NCBI GenBank assembly: GCA_000442015.1
Contig: KE561047.1
Coordinates: 141,341-205,340, forward strand
Direction: 5' to 3'
Length of the DNA stretch: 64,000 bases
DNA from: Rozella allomycis CSF55
Taxonomy: Eukaryota
Part shown: piece by piece, positions 1 through 12,531 of the stretch
Layout of the letters: every line of letters starts with the position of its first letter
How positions within the stretch are numbered: position 1 is the stretch's first letter
Translations under genes and position numbers: made by a program
The notes under the pieces: generated by a model
What the model was told of the DNA's origin: nothing
What the model saw: the letters and a program-made list of their open reading frames with translations, nothing else
Databases searched by the model: none

Positions 1-1
1 A

Positions 2-541
2 AGAGAAATTCCTGACCTCATAGTTTCATTTACAGTACTAGCAATTCTTGGTTTAGGTGTTGTTGCCATTGTGTATATGCAGTTTAAGATATTTAAACTA
101 TTTCAAAGATCTGCAAATTTGGTGCAGCAAAAAAGCGGGAAACAATCTTCATCAACTGAGGCAAAGAGTTTGAGTAAGGTAATCAGCGTATTTCAAAAAT
201 CTGCTAATTCATTACAGCAAAAAAGCAGAAAAAGGATTTCATCAAGTGAGCCAAGGAGTTTGGACTCGAATTCACGAAGAAAGTCGACCTTGAATTTGGA
301 TCAAGAGAAGAAAGTGTTTATACGTGCCATGACTTTTGCCGGTGTTGCTTTTCTTTGTTGGACTCCCTATGTGATTATGATTATCCACAACATGATTACC
401 GGCACTTCGATTGCTGTCTTTGATATGGTTGGATGCTTTATGGCAAATTCGTTGGCACCTCTGAATTTGACTCTCATGATCTTAATTACTCCTAGATTTA
501 GAGATGCCGCAAAATCGTTTCTCTTTAAAAGTAGAAATTGA
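2..541 (+). CDS. Rhodopsin-like (class A-type) GPCR, 3' part (TM5-TM7), truncated by the window edge
   Basis: Open frame from base 2. TM5 LIVSFTVLAILGLGVVAIVY, TM6 with AFLCWTPY motif, TM7 plus helix-8-like PRFRDA. Confidence 0.7.
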   Translation, partial: REIPDLIVSFTVLAILGLGVVAIVYMQFKIFKLFQRSANLVQQKSGKQSSSTEAKSLSKVISVFQKSANSLQQKSRKRISSSEPRSLDSNSRRKSTLNLDQEKKVFIRAMTFAGVAFLCWTPYVIMIIHNMITGTSIAVFDMVGCFMANSLAPLNLTLMILITPRFRDAAKSFLFKSRN

Positions 542-747
542 AAATAAATGAAGTTCCAAAGTTCAAAACATTACTATCATTACTCAATGTATGCGATACT
601 TGATTCTTAATGGGGAATATGAATTGGTTTTAAACTTCTATATTTCCTTGATTTTTGAACTTAGGCTTAAAAGTTAAAACAGAGATGGAAAAATAGAGGC
701 CTTGCAATGTAGATTGTCAAATAAATTATGTTGCTCTCAGCCACTCA

Positions 748-797
748 GACAGCGTGTCCGAGTGGTTAAGGAGCATGCCTAGAAAGCATGTGGGTTT
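748..797 (+). tRNA. Partial second copy of tRNA-Ser(AGA), cut by assembly gap N798
   Basis: 50 nt identical to the 5' part of the tRNA at 1784, ending at the N. Confidence 0.7.
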
Positions 798-886
798 NGT
801 ATTTTCTAATTGGCTAATTCAAGAACTCCATGATAATTGACAATGATATGATATTATATATTTAATACTTTAGTTTTTATTAAATT

Positions 887-1465
887 TTAATCGGCCTCTG
901 TCATGATTGATATGAACTCTTGTTCATTAACTATTCAAGAGCATTTAAAGTAATTACTTTCACCGTCATTATCCAAGTCAAATTCATCAATCATAGCTTG
1001 CAGTTCCTCATCATCGATATTTTCACCCAACTCCTTTGCAACTCTTCTAAGATTGCGCAAGCTAATTTTCCCTGTTCCATCATCATCAAACAACTGAAAT
1101 GCCTTTTTGATCTCCTCAATAGGATCTCTATCCAAAATTTTCTCAGTCACTATAACAATATGACCAACTTTTTACTGATTTTGTTGAAATCATCAAATTC
1201 CATTAAACCATTTCCACTCTTGTCATAATCCCTGAGTAGTTTCAAAACTTCTGGTTTCTTAATATCAAATCCAAGTGCTCTCATGGCTACCTGGATGAGG
1301 GAAGTTGTTTGTGTTTACCTTTAGTTCGTGATAGTCCAACGCACCGTCCTTGTCTGTGTCAAACAGTTCAAAGGCCTCCTTTATTTCTAATTTTTGTTCT
1401 TCGCTTAATTCTGGGCGGGGCTGGCGTTTCTTTTGCAGGCTTTTGGAGAATGCTAGGTTTGACAT
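887..1465 (-). CDS. CDC31: Centrin-3/Cdc31 EF-hand protein, 3 introns (28, 26, 27 nt)
   Basis: Spliced product [40 protein letters not shown]...[32 protein letters not shown]. Confidence 0.9.
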
Positions 1466-1783
1466 TGGAATTGTAATTTTCGAAAATTTGTGTATACATA
1501 ACAAATATTTACTCAAAGTCTCACTTTTGCAAGCATTATTATCCCAAAGATATGCAAAACTGAATATGCTTAATCGTTGATTAAGTCATTGTAGTGTCAG
1601 TGATTTAAATTTTTTGATTGGTTATTTGCATGGTTATTTGAAGCTATCTCTCACATAGGAGAATCCCACTGGCACTTGAGCCTGAAGTAGACTAAAATAG
1701 TAACTAATGGACGCAATAAGGCATTTCTAAATTCAAAGCATCATATAAGCTTTATATATACATTACGATGAAAGGGAAGGCAT

Positions 1784-1864
1784 GACAGCGTGTCCGAGTG
1801 GTTAAGGAGCATGCCTAGAAAGCATGTGGGTTTACCCGCACAGGTTCGAGTCCTGTCGCTGTCG
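1784..1864 (+). tRNA. tRNA-Ser(AGA)
   Basis: Acceptor stem GACAGCG/CGCTGTC, anticodon arm CATGC-CTAGAAA-GCATG, long variable arm, GTTCGAG T-loop, downstream T-run terminator. Confidence 0.95.
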
Positions 1865-2201
1865 TTTTTCTATCTTTTTATAAATCGATAGAATAATCAT
1901 AACTAAAGTCTATTAATTTTTTTTCGGGTGCCACATTAGACACACTATCCTGCAGCTGGATATTCCAGCTTCCTATTTTTGTTTCAGAGAGCGTTTGGAA
2001 TAGTAATGTATTAAATAAGAAGTGATAACCTTGATCAGAGAGCGTTTTAGATTTTCAGGAATTGTCCACATGGGCTCCTATCGATGCAAAAACACCTTCT
2101 TAAAGGCTCTAATAAAGTGATATTTCAGTTTTCGTTTATGTAACTAATAAAACGAGCATAGTAAACTGCGTTGTTTAACAATTGAATATTTTGTAAAATT
2201 C

Positions 2202-4298
2202 ATGAATGCAAGGGATAGAGTGAAGGAGTGGTTAACCTTTGAGCTTGGCTATTTGAAGAAACCAGTAGATAGTAATAGTAATTTAATATGTGATGGCACT
2301 GTTGGTTCATTTTGTGAAGAGGAAGATGTTGAAGTGTAAATGTGATTTTGGAATAGAATAGTTTTTGCAAACCACCTTTGGACGAGATGATGAATGAAGC
2401 GATGAGACGAGTAAAATCGAGACAAAATGTGGAGAGAATACGCCGGACGATGATAAATTATTATAAGAATGGTCGAAGAGATGAAAAATATCACGAGTTT
2501 TTAAGAAAATATGGAAGGGTGGTGGAGAGGTTGATTGAGAGAGAAAGAGAGAAGAATCAGAGTGTTCCTGTTTGTAGAAAGGAGATGAGGGGAGATGCTG
2601 AGATTGATAAGCTGGTTGAAAGGGCTGAAATATTGAGTAATGTGTGTGATGAGGGATGATAAAGAGCGTGAAATAAAGAAAGAGAAGAAGAGAATAGAGT
2701 TGGAGGAAGATAGAGAAAAGATGATTTTGTTATCTTTGAAGAAATCGGAAAAGCGAACAAGTTTGATAAAGGAAATGGTGAATGATTTGAGAAAGAATTT
2801 GAATGTTGAGTTGCAAAGAGATAGAGATTTGAGCCATTTGCCAGTAAGATGAAAGAATGTGATGAAGAAGATTATATTGAAGAATTTGTACAAGAAATGT
2901 TTAAAGATTTTGAGTTTGGATAAACACAGTAGATTGAGTGTTGAAGAATTTAAAGAATGGATTTCTGAATTAAAAGTAAGATGGAGATTTGAATGAGAAA
3001 AGGAATTTCGATTGGCGTGCCCAGTTGAAGAAATAATTCCAATAGTTTTGGATGTTTTGAAAATGATTAATGAAAATTTAGAAGAATTTATTTCAAATTT
3101 GAATCCAATTGAACAAATTGAACAAGCAAAGTAAAAAATAGATCTATTTGAATTTCAGATTGGAATATTTCAAGAATTTTTCTGAAAAAGAAACATTTTG
3201 GAGTTTAATTAAGAAATTTAGAAAAGAACATTTAGATCTATTTTTTGAAATAAACAAGAAAAAAGAAGAAATTTTAGAAAAAGATCTGAAAAATAAAATA
3301 GATCTAAAAAAAGAAAAAATAGATCTGAAAAATGAATTTTTAAAAATTGAAAATAGATTAAAAATGGAAATTGAAAAACAAATTGAATTAAAAGAATCTA
3401 AAATTGAATTAATTGAAAAAATTAATAAAAACAATAAATTAATTGTAAATTTCAAACAAATTTCTCAATTTTAGGATGAAAAACAAAATCAACTCAAATT
3501 GACAATTTTAGAAACAATTCAAATAGAAAAATTAATTCATGAAATTAGATTCAAAGTATTTTGTTTTTTTAGGTTTTATAGATTAAAAATTTTGTTGAAA
3601 AAGATTTAAAAGATCTCAAAGATGAAATTCAGTTTAAAATATCTTCAAGTAGAAATTCATTTCTTACAGAATTTGAATCTTTTTCTTCTTGTGATTTTTC
3701 CATCAATCAAAAGATTAAAAAGTAAATATTCTTCTTCTAATTGAATAGATTAAACAATTCTTTAGATTTGGCCTTTGAAGATTGTCCAGATTTGCATTTA
3801 GAAAATATTTCCCCTGAATCATTCATTTTCAATCTCTTTTCAGATATTATTTCAAGTAACGAATAAGCCATATCTTCAATTGATCATAGAAATGAATTCG
3901 TTCGAAATGAAATAGAATCTTCAAATAAAGCTTTGCTATCAAAGAGACGCAATCTTTGTAATCTCATTCATTAGATCTTCAATAGTAAATCATCTAGTCA
4001 AAACCTACTCTTTGGAAAACTCTGATTCATGGCACGATTTCACGCTAAACATGTCTAACAAATACATCTCTCAACAAAATGCTTTCGCTAAAACTCAAAA
4101 CGATATCTTAAATGATGCACTGAGCGTCTCCCCTCTAATCGAACAAACAATGTCTGAAATAAATGACATTGTCAAAGAAAGGTATCCATCCTCCCATTTC
4201 AAAATAATAGACGCGATCTATATCATGGTCAACTAGATGACAATCTAATCAAAGTCAACAAGCTATCCTTCAATCAATGCATTGAACGGTTAATATAA
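2202..4298 (+). CDS. HAUS5: Augmin subunit HAUS5-like coiled-coil protein, about 11 introns
   Basis: N-terminus VKEWLTFELGY...FCKPPLDEMMNEAMRRVKSRQNVERIRRTMINY resembles the HAUS5 N-terminal motif. The frame is continuous through 26-30 nt introns; one (3856-3882) needs a TG acceptor. Confidence 0.6.
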
Positions 4299-4475
4299 AT
4301 AAAATATTTCACTTTTATTGTAATAATTTATAATGACAATCGATTTCACATTGTTCATGTTACATCAATGTCTTGACAAAATTCAATATGTTGGCCCGCG
4401 CGCCTGAAAATATTTCAGGCATTCTTTATCAGATACAATTTCGTCACTTGAAAACTTTTCATTTAAATCTACAAA

Positions 4476-4940
4476 TTAAACTTTAAAAGCATTATTACTA
4501 TTAGATTCTAGTGGGCTATTATCCGCTTTCAGAGAATCAGGGACATCTATGTACTCTACCGGTACACTTTTCGCCAACACATTCAACAACGCTTCCCAAC
4601 TCTCCCTCCTTTCAAAATCTATCTTAATTTCTTTTTTAACCGGCACAGAAGCAACTTTTCTATTTTTTACAGCCAATCTTTTCAACACACTTTCCCTCTT
4701 TCCAGATTCTATGTCTTTATATTCTCGCTGCACCACTGGCTCAGATAATCTTGATTCCTGCTTTTCATCCATCTCTGATGTCATCTTTGAAGATGCCATC
4801 TCACACTCCTTTTTCACATATGTCAGTTTCGGTTGCGCAATCTTAGATCCCAAAAGAGTTCTAGTGGCACTAAATATAAATGATCGCAGTATCGCACCAA
4901 GGATTATGACGAGAATCGCTAAAGCACCCTGGAAGTGCAT
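4476..4940 (-). CDS. Hypothetical protein with N-terminal hydrophobic anchor
   Basis: 154 aa ATG-initiated ORF with hydrophobic N-terminus; no family recognised. Confidence 0.5.
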   Translation of the reverse strand: MHFQGALAILVIILGAILRSFIFSATRTLLGSKIAQPKLTYVKKECEMASSKMTSEMDEKQESRLSEPVVQREYKDIESGKRESVLKRLAVKNRKVASVPVKKEIKIDFERRESWEALLNVLAKSVPVEYIDVPDSLKADNSPLESNSNNAFKV

Positions 4941-5469
4941 CTTGCTTTTCTGTGGCTTTGCGGATTCGGGAGTTAGATTGAAGTTGGCGAGTTCATCAGA
5001 TATTTATCAGATAGCGACAATAACGACGTAAAAATTTACATCATGCGAAAAACACAAGTGTTCTATCAAACATAGACATAGTTATCGTATGATTGGACAG
5101 GTCAAACAATTCCTACAGAAAGTTATGTTCCTATACCCCAAATGTGAAAAGGAAAAGCCTTTCAATGGCAAAATGGTTCACGCAATGAACTGCGTAAAAT
5201 AGAAATAGATGTCTATTTGCCAGGCCACCAAAGATTCCATCATACGTGACCAGATTGAAAGCAAATCGTCTTCATCCTTGACTTCTAATTTACTTTCATT
5301 ATCGTACAAAAGCCCTTGACACCGATGGTTTTGAAGAATGATAGTAAGCGCGCGAGGAATATTTTACATTCTTGCATCTATGTGACCTCCTATTTCGGGT
5401 TTGAATTCGGCATGCTATACAGTATGTGATAGTAAAACATGTATTTATTGTTTTAAATGTGAAATCTCT

Positions 5470-6545
5470 TTACGAGTCTGTGGCATCGTTTACAATTTCC
5501 GGCGTTGTTCGTCGGTGTGCACGAGCTAACGTTCTTACAGCATCGTAAGACTTCTCGCCATGCTCAGACAAAAAGGCGTCATAATCCGGGAATGTTTTGA
5601 CAAAATCATAGACAACCTATCTAAAATACTTTTCAAAATTTACCTTGAGAGTCGAGTATGCCTTTTTGTTGGCAGATTTACTATTTATCCACTTAGGACA
5701 CCATAATTGTATTGGTGGTACTTGATGGGGCTTTATAGTCTGCCCGACATTTTCCCAATTGATGCCATTTTCAAAAATTTCGCATCGATAAATAGTACTA
5801 TTGAGACCACTTTGTCTACTTCCAAAGACAAAGTTTGGCATGCGAGGTGCATATGTTTTAAATTTCTTGCAAAGGCATGATTTATTGAAGCAACGCCGCT
5901 TTATAGGACCCCTATTAATATCTTCTTTGAAATGTGATTGTAAGTGCTGTTCAAGGTGTTCACGGACTTCTTCAACACGGCTAGCTATGGACGCTAATGA
6001 CTGAACCAATTTTTGGTGAACATCATTTCTGAAATTTTGGATTGTACCAATTTACTCGGATGTGTCTCTTGGCATTTCTGTTATTCCATTCGTAATATTA
6101 TTTCGTAATTGCCTTCTGCGCTCTAAATGTTTTTTAGCCTTCCTTTATAAACCTTTAAAAAAGTTACAAAGTTCAAATGCTCGATTGTCAAAGGTCGAAA
6201 GCCCTCAAAATCCTTCCCATTTAGTTCCACTGAATTATTAATGTTAAATTTTGTTGAGTTTGCGTAGACATCAGTTGATGTATCAGATTCGTCAGAGTCA
6301 GAGGAGGAAGAGTCTTGCAGATCTACAATAGCAGTTTTTCTATCTAAAATGTCATAGGATAATATTATATAACCTTTCAAATGGAACATCTCGCCTTTAA
6401 GAAATGAAAATCGTGTTGTCGCCGGATTGGAAAATTCAAGTTGCTGAAGTCTGAGAATCCTTTGATACAAAATAGATCTCTCGATATTTATCATTTGTGT
6501 AGGCGACAGACACTCGAAATTTCTAATAACCTTCTTGACTGGCAC
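5470..6545 (-). CDS. Hypothetical multi-exon protein (start not resolved)
   Basis: ORFs 6123-6545 and 5617-6009 join in frame through 29- and 27-nt GT-AG introns; a further 27-nt intron leads to a last exon ending NDATDS*. Confidence 0.55.
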
Positions 6546-6650
6546 TAGCCCGCACTACATGAGATTCAGTAAGTTACTGAATCACAGTAACTCGATTGCA
6601 CTGATTCTTCAAATTGTAATAAAAAAGATATGTAATCCAGTTAAATTGAT

Positions 6651-9571
6651 TTATTCAATGTCAGGGATACTTTTGCGATATTCGTTATAAAATCGAGTGA
6701 TTTTGGGACAATCAAACCTTGCCAAAAAATCTTTGAGCTTATATTGGCCTGTCGCTTCGACACTTTTACTATACCATTCTTCATAAATACTCATGTTGTA
6801 GTCATGATAATAGAGTTCATATTCAGCCATAGATAAATACCTTAATACTTTTTGATCGTAAATTCCAATGTATTGATCGTCTTGATCAAGTCCAAGGTAA
6901 TGTTCCTTTTGAAAGATCTTTACTGCATCAAAGATAAATATAAACACAAAATAATCATAACGATGCGCTGGCATTTTACTTTTGTAATAAGAGTAGAGAT
7001 TAACTAAATCCTTTTCTATGATTGTTTTAATCAATTTGTAAAACACATCACTGTTATTATGAACATATTGATCCACGTATTTAAAAACATCCGAATCTTG
7101 AGATGTTTCAGCTATTTCTAATATATTTCCTTCTTCTATTGCAGTTGAAATGCACCAATCAAAATTTATGTGATGGAGACAGATATTCATAACAGCGTTT
7201 TGGTCTAATTCATCGCTATTGAGTATTGAATGTCTTGTCTCGTGATTGGAAATTAAATTTTTAAACAATAAAACGTCTTGTTGACTTAATTCAGTTGGAT
7301 GCACTGCAGTTAGTTGTGATATTTGTTCTACAACATATTTCGCGTCAACTCTATCTTCTTTATTTGGTTCTTCATAGTTGAAAAGAGTAATCCCTGAATC
7401 ACTTCTATGCATCATGTTCATGATCCATTTATCAAAAGACACCATAAAGGTTGACCATATCTCTTCCACATTGTCGTCTGTTATTTCTTTGTAAAGAATG
7501 TCTGTTTCTTCCATAAGATACGCTGATTGAGGGTTGCCGATTGTTCTATCAAGTAAAAGATATAGAAAGCGTAAACGATCACTATAAACAATTTCAGTCT
7601 CGTGCCTTGTTTTAGATTTGAGGATATTTTGTTCATATGCAATTTCTCTTAATATCAATTCAATCATCCTAATCTCAGATTCTTCAAGAGACTCATCCAA
7701 CCTGCGAAGCGCTTGGTTGTATGTCCTCCCTGCCTCAATCAGAAAATTCACAGCATCATCATAAACGACCTTATTTTTAGATTTTGTTCCTCTTTTCTTT
7801 TCTTTTTTCAACTCTTGATTATTGCCTGTCTTTTCCTTTTTAGCATTTTTAGATTTTTTGACAATTTTAGCATTTTCTAATATCTCTCTTGTCGGCTCTA
7901 GAATATATTTCTTATTTTTTAACTTNATCCTCTTTTCTTTTCTTTTTTCAACTCTTGATCATTGCCTGTCTTTTCCTTTTTAGCATTTTTAGATTTCTTG
8001 ATAATTTTAGCATTGTCTAATATCTCTCTTGTCGGCTCTAGAATATATTTCTTATTTTTTAACTTTTTAAAGTGTTTCACGTCGGGTGTCATTTTTCTAA
8101 AATCGATGTCTGTTGAAGCGATTTCTTTATGATACAACTTCAACTCTTCAAGCTGAACAAACAAATCCACCCATTGATCATCATAAATGATTCTTTCTTT
8201 AGCTTTTGGGGCTTCTCTGTTAACTTTATTTACCAAACTGCTATTTTTAGTTTTATATTCTGCAACTTTCATGATTTCTTTACTATCACTAACTATCATC
8301 ATCTGTTTGGCATAACTGGCCTTCATAACCTTACGCTTGAGTAAATTCAATGGCTCTTCAATATGATGCAATGATTTTGAAACTGGATCGCTGTACTTGA
8401 TTCCATTCTCAATGATATCTCTTAAATCAATCACAATATTCTTCTTTTGAAGCTCCCCTAATCCTTCCAACTCGAAAAGCAAAAACTCAAAATCATTGGC
8501 AAGCTTATCACGCTTCTTTAAAAATTCCCAATGCTCATGATCTCTTAAAAAGTCCAAATAATCCATTATTCTTCTAGGATGTAATAAATGGAGTCCATTA
8601 CGCCCATTTAAAAAGTCTTCCAAATTTTTAATTGCTAAAAGACTGAAACACTTTAATTCAAAAATATCGTTCATGAGATTAACAAAGCGTCGATATTTAA
8701 AACGTCGCTCATGACTATTTTCTACAAGATCCCGTAAAGCTGTCAGAGTGCTCTTAATGATTTCTTCTTTTTGAGTATCTAATTCTTCAACTATATTCTT
8801 TGGTTTTGGTGGCTCCAACTGATCGCTCACTGTCGGCATTTCAACCATTTCATCAGACGTTTTCTTTTTCGTGTCCAAGAATTTAGAGCGCTTCCTGATT
8901 TCATGCAAATACACTTCCACTACAGATTCGCTCCTCGCGGTTTCCGAAAGAAGATCGAAAATTGATCTTTTAGGAACTCTTTGAAATTCTTTCATGCACT
9001 CCACGTCAGAAAAAACTGCAGTTCCGCTACATCTTTCCACCGGCTCACGGCGTTCAAGGTCTCTAAGTCTTTCATAAATTTCCTCATCGAAATTTCTAGT
9101 CGCGAATTCTTCGTGGGGCAATTCATCGGGCAAATCTGTTGTCTGAATTCCTAGAGCCTGTCGCAATTCTTCTTCATCATATTCAGAGTTATCGTTTTGG
9201 TCTTCAAAAAAACTAAACGCAGCATCATCGCCTTGGTTTATTTTAACAGCTTGACTCTTGTCTAAATCCCGTGTTGTTGAGCCTTCATTAAGAATATTCC
9301 GTGCCGTATCAGATTTGTCGCCCTCTGGTTCTGATAGATCGACAGACCTTGAACCTTGGGTGACTCTTTCATCTCCGTTTTCATAAAGTGCAGTTTCTTG
9401 TGCTAGTACATTTTTGGATACATGGTCTGAGGAAGTTATAGATATGATATCCTGGTCCTTGACACAGTTAGAATCAGAATTCTCACAAGTATGTTTAATA
9501 CTGGTAACAGAAGTACATCCAAAGATAACAATCAAAAAAGCAAGAAAAGACATCTTGGTGCCATGTTTCAT
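6651..9571 (-). CDS. Large intronless, probably secreted hypothetical protein (about 930 aa) split by assembly join N7926
   Basis: Signal-peptide-like MSFLAFLIVIFGCTSVTS. The two ORFs share a duplicated ~138 bp segment on either side of the N. Confidence 0.65.
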
Positions 9572-9810
9572 CTTAGAATATTTTTCTGTGGCTAGGTCGG
9601 TTGCCAGTGTAATAGGATTAAATAATTGTTTATGTTTTTGGAAAAGATCAACAAATTAGAAACACATTAGAAGAATATGACCTATTTATCCATCCCTTAA
9701 GTAACTGGAATTCAAACCTAACGTACAAGCGCATGCGGCATGGGTATCGATGTCTAGTGCAATTGATTAATCACTTTGTTTTTGAGATAAGTTCGTGCAA
9801 CACATATCAT

Positions 9811-9880
9811 TTTTGTGCATGATGACGTTGATTGTGTTTCCAATTCGTGTGGGAAATCAAAAAAGAAACTGAGTACAAAA
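9811..9880 (+). ncRNA. Candidate box C/D snoRNA
   Basis: 8-bp terminal stem TTTTGTGC/GTACAAAA directly flanking box C ATGATGA (9819-9825) and box D CTGA (9869-9872); intergenic. Confidence 0.55.
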
Positions 9881-9909
9881 TAAAACATTGTAAAAGGCAA
9901 AGAGCTAAT

Positions 9910-12113
9910 TTATGCTTTTCTTTCTGGACTCTCAATTTCGTTTAATATGTTTTCCATGTCCACTCTAAACGCATTGTTATTTTCTTTAAGAGCGATGAAA
10001 TTGGGCATGTCTTCTTTGACACTCTTCATCGTTACTTTGAATTCTTTATCCAGCACGATCTTTTTAGACACATTGGACTTCTTTTCGCTAGATAATTTGC
10101 AAAATGCATTATATACCGCATGATTTCGTTCAACGCCAGTGCTTCCATTTCCAATTCCATGCGTTCCCCTTGATATTTACTACCCACTAGGGAAGATTGT
10201 ACTGGTGGAATCGAAAATGGCGTGTACATATTTTTTAGTTTACTTTCGGTTTGCTCGCTCGTTACTTGGCTATCCTTTGAATCATCCTCTGTAGTCATTC
10301 TATTCATGTCTTTATCGATATCATCCGGCATTTCTGATTCCAAGTCCCTCGTTTCTGATACTGCAAATGAATATTCAGTCATTTCAGGATCATTTACGAA
10401 ACTCTTATCTTCAGGAACATCCACTAATTTGTCACTAATATATTTTTAGTGTATTTTATTACAGTGCGTCCATGACAGATTCTGGATTATTGTTCATGTC
10501 ACCTACTTTGGATGATCCGCGCATTTTAATGGCATTTCTATTGAGAAACTTAATTTGCTCTTTAGTCAATTCTTTGAATATTGTATCAGGATTTTCCTAC
10601 TAATTTTGATTTGATAAATATACCTTTAATCCTTCATAAAACTCCTCCCCGACTTCTTCAATAATAACTTCGCCTATTCGAGGAAACAACTCAATAAGGT
10701 GCTTTTTTTAAATTGATATATTTTTTTACCAGCAAAGTGTCAACAGCATTCATCTGACTTTCTTGATTAGCAACATTTGAAATGCAACTAAGCAGACCGC
10801 TTACCGCTTGGTACTCGACCATTTTCTCTGCAAGATCCTGTGAATACACTGCCATTGCTCTTTCTTTTTACAATGCGTTCTATTTTACCCTAAAAGTTTA
10901 GCGCAGCATGCCTGCTGTGTATAGGACGCTAATAAATTATCATTCTTCATAAGTTCTGTTTCTATCCATTTCCCATCATTCATTGTTCTCGTTTTTACTT
11001 GATCACCTGTTGCCTCATGATTGACATCGGTCATTGTTTTCAGCCGGCTAATTAGTTGAGTTAATATTAGATCCTGAAGGTTTGGTCTCTTTACTAAATC
11101 TTTTAGAAGCTCACATCCTTTGTTGAAAATCAAAAGCGTCGGTACCTTCATACTGTACCTCGTAATAACTATTTCTGAGAAGTCCTAAAGTGGCATCGAC
11201 AATAGAACTATGGACTGTATTGATACTGAACTGATATCATCATCTATATAGTATATTACTATCAAATTCCTCAGGGCCTGACATGAAAGCTGCAATGCTT
11301 GAGGTGATGCAGCATTACTTGTTATAATTGAAATAAATGCCTTATATACTTGAGGAAGAAATTTGTTTGTGCCCTATTTGTTTTAGTATTGCCACTTACA
11401 CTTGACAGCAAAAGCAGCGTTTCTTTAGCGAAACGACATCCGGTTTCATTTTTGCATTTACTCAAATAGTCAGCAATTGCCTTGACGCCATAACATTCAC
11501 AAATGAATTCTCGATACTGAATGCCAATTTTGGCTATGTCTCTTAACAATCTCATTGCTTCGCTTTTATCCAACTTAAATAAAGTCAGAACAAGTTTATA
11601 CGTCTTTAGTTTGAGCTATCGCTATAATCTCCAACAAGGTAAATATCCCGCCAACTTCCAAAAACTCTTGTAAAAATTGATTCCCGCCAGGCGCGGCGAC
11701 AAATGTGCGAATAGCGGCTATTTGAATTGCAAGATTGTATCTCAGCAAGTACCTAAATAAATATTCTAATTGTGCTTCTTTTACGTCAATCTTAACCACG
11801 CAGTAATTCTTGTTAGGAAAAGACTTCCACCACCATATAACTCAGCATCAATTTCTAGCGCCGTTCTGTTGTCATTGAATTCGACAAAATCCTTTAAAAT
11901 CATTTCTCTAATGTTCTTCCCTCCCTTATATTTTATTTAAAGAAGAATTACTTTATCCCAAGTCTTCATTAGCCTCATAAAATCATTGGCATTCATGCAT
12001 CGTTGAAATTTTGGTTTTGCTCTCCTTTCTAAACTTTCGTTTACTATATATTTCAGATTCCAATCCCCTATAGGTCTTGCCTTTGTTTCTTTAAAATAGC
12101 TATTCTTTATCAT
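9910..12113 (-). CDS. ARMH1: Armadillo-like helical domain protein 1 (C1orf228-like), 11 introns
   Basis: MKTWDK|GGKNIREMILKDFVE, SLFLTRITAWLRLTY, FLEVGGIFTLLEII and YREFICECYGVKAIADYLSK match remembered ARMH1 motifs. Confidence 0.8.
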
Positions 12114-12531
12114 CGCCTGGAAACCATTATATTGTAAACAATCCCTTCATTTAAACTAACGTATATAACTGGGGCGCATGTGTTTTCCCTGGTAATATGT
12201 TAACAAAATCCGAAATCGATTGATGAAATTTAGGTTGGAAATAAAAACATCTACAATAGTTTAACCTAAAAGTGACTTCTGTCGATATGTTTTATATGAA
12301 TTCACTCTAATAAATGCAATTATGGATTAAATATGAAATTAAGTAAGCTTTTTAAAGATTGAAACAATGAAGTCTGCATTCTAGTAATTCTTGATGTAAA
12401 CGTCTGAAAATTACACCCAAAATGTATTATATTTCTGACATTCGAATAAAGCGCATATATGTTTACATCAATATCAAAATTTTCATGCTTCTAAATTGCC
12501 ACAGCCAAATTCACTCAGCCACATTTTTTTC

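Noticed and set aside
4182-4210. U12-like donors (GTATCCAT here; GTTCC donors in Ras and RasGEF)
   Set aside because: They do not match GTATCCTT, and there is no TCCTTAAC branch site.
7788-8065. ~138-bp tandem duplication and apparent gene split
   Set aside because: Centred on N7926; probably a haplotype or contig overlap rather than a real repeat.
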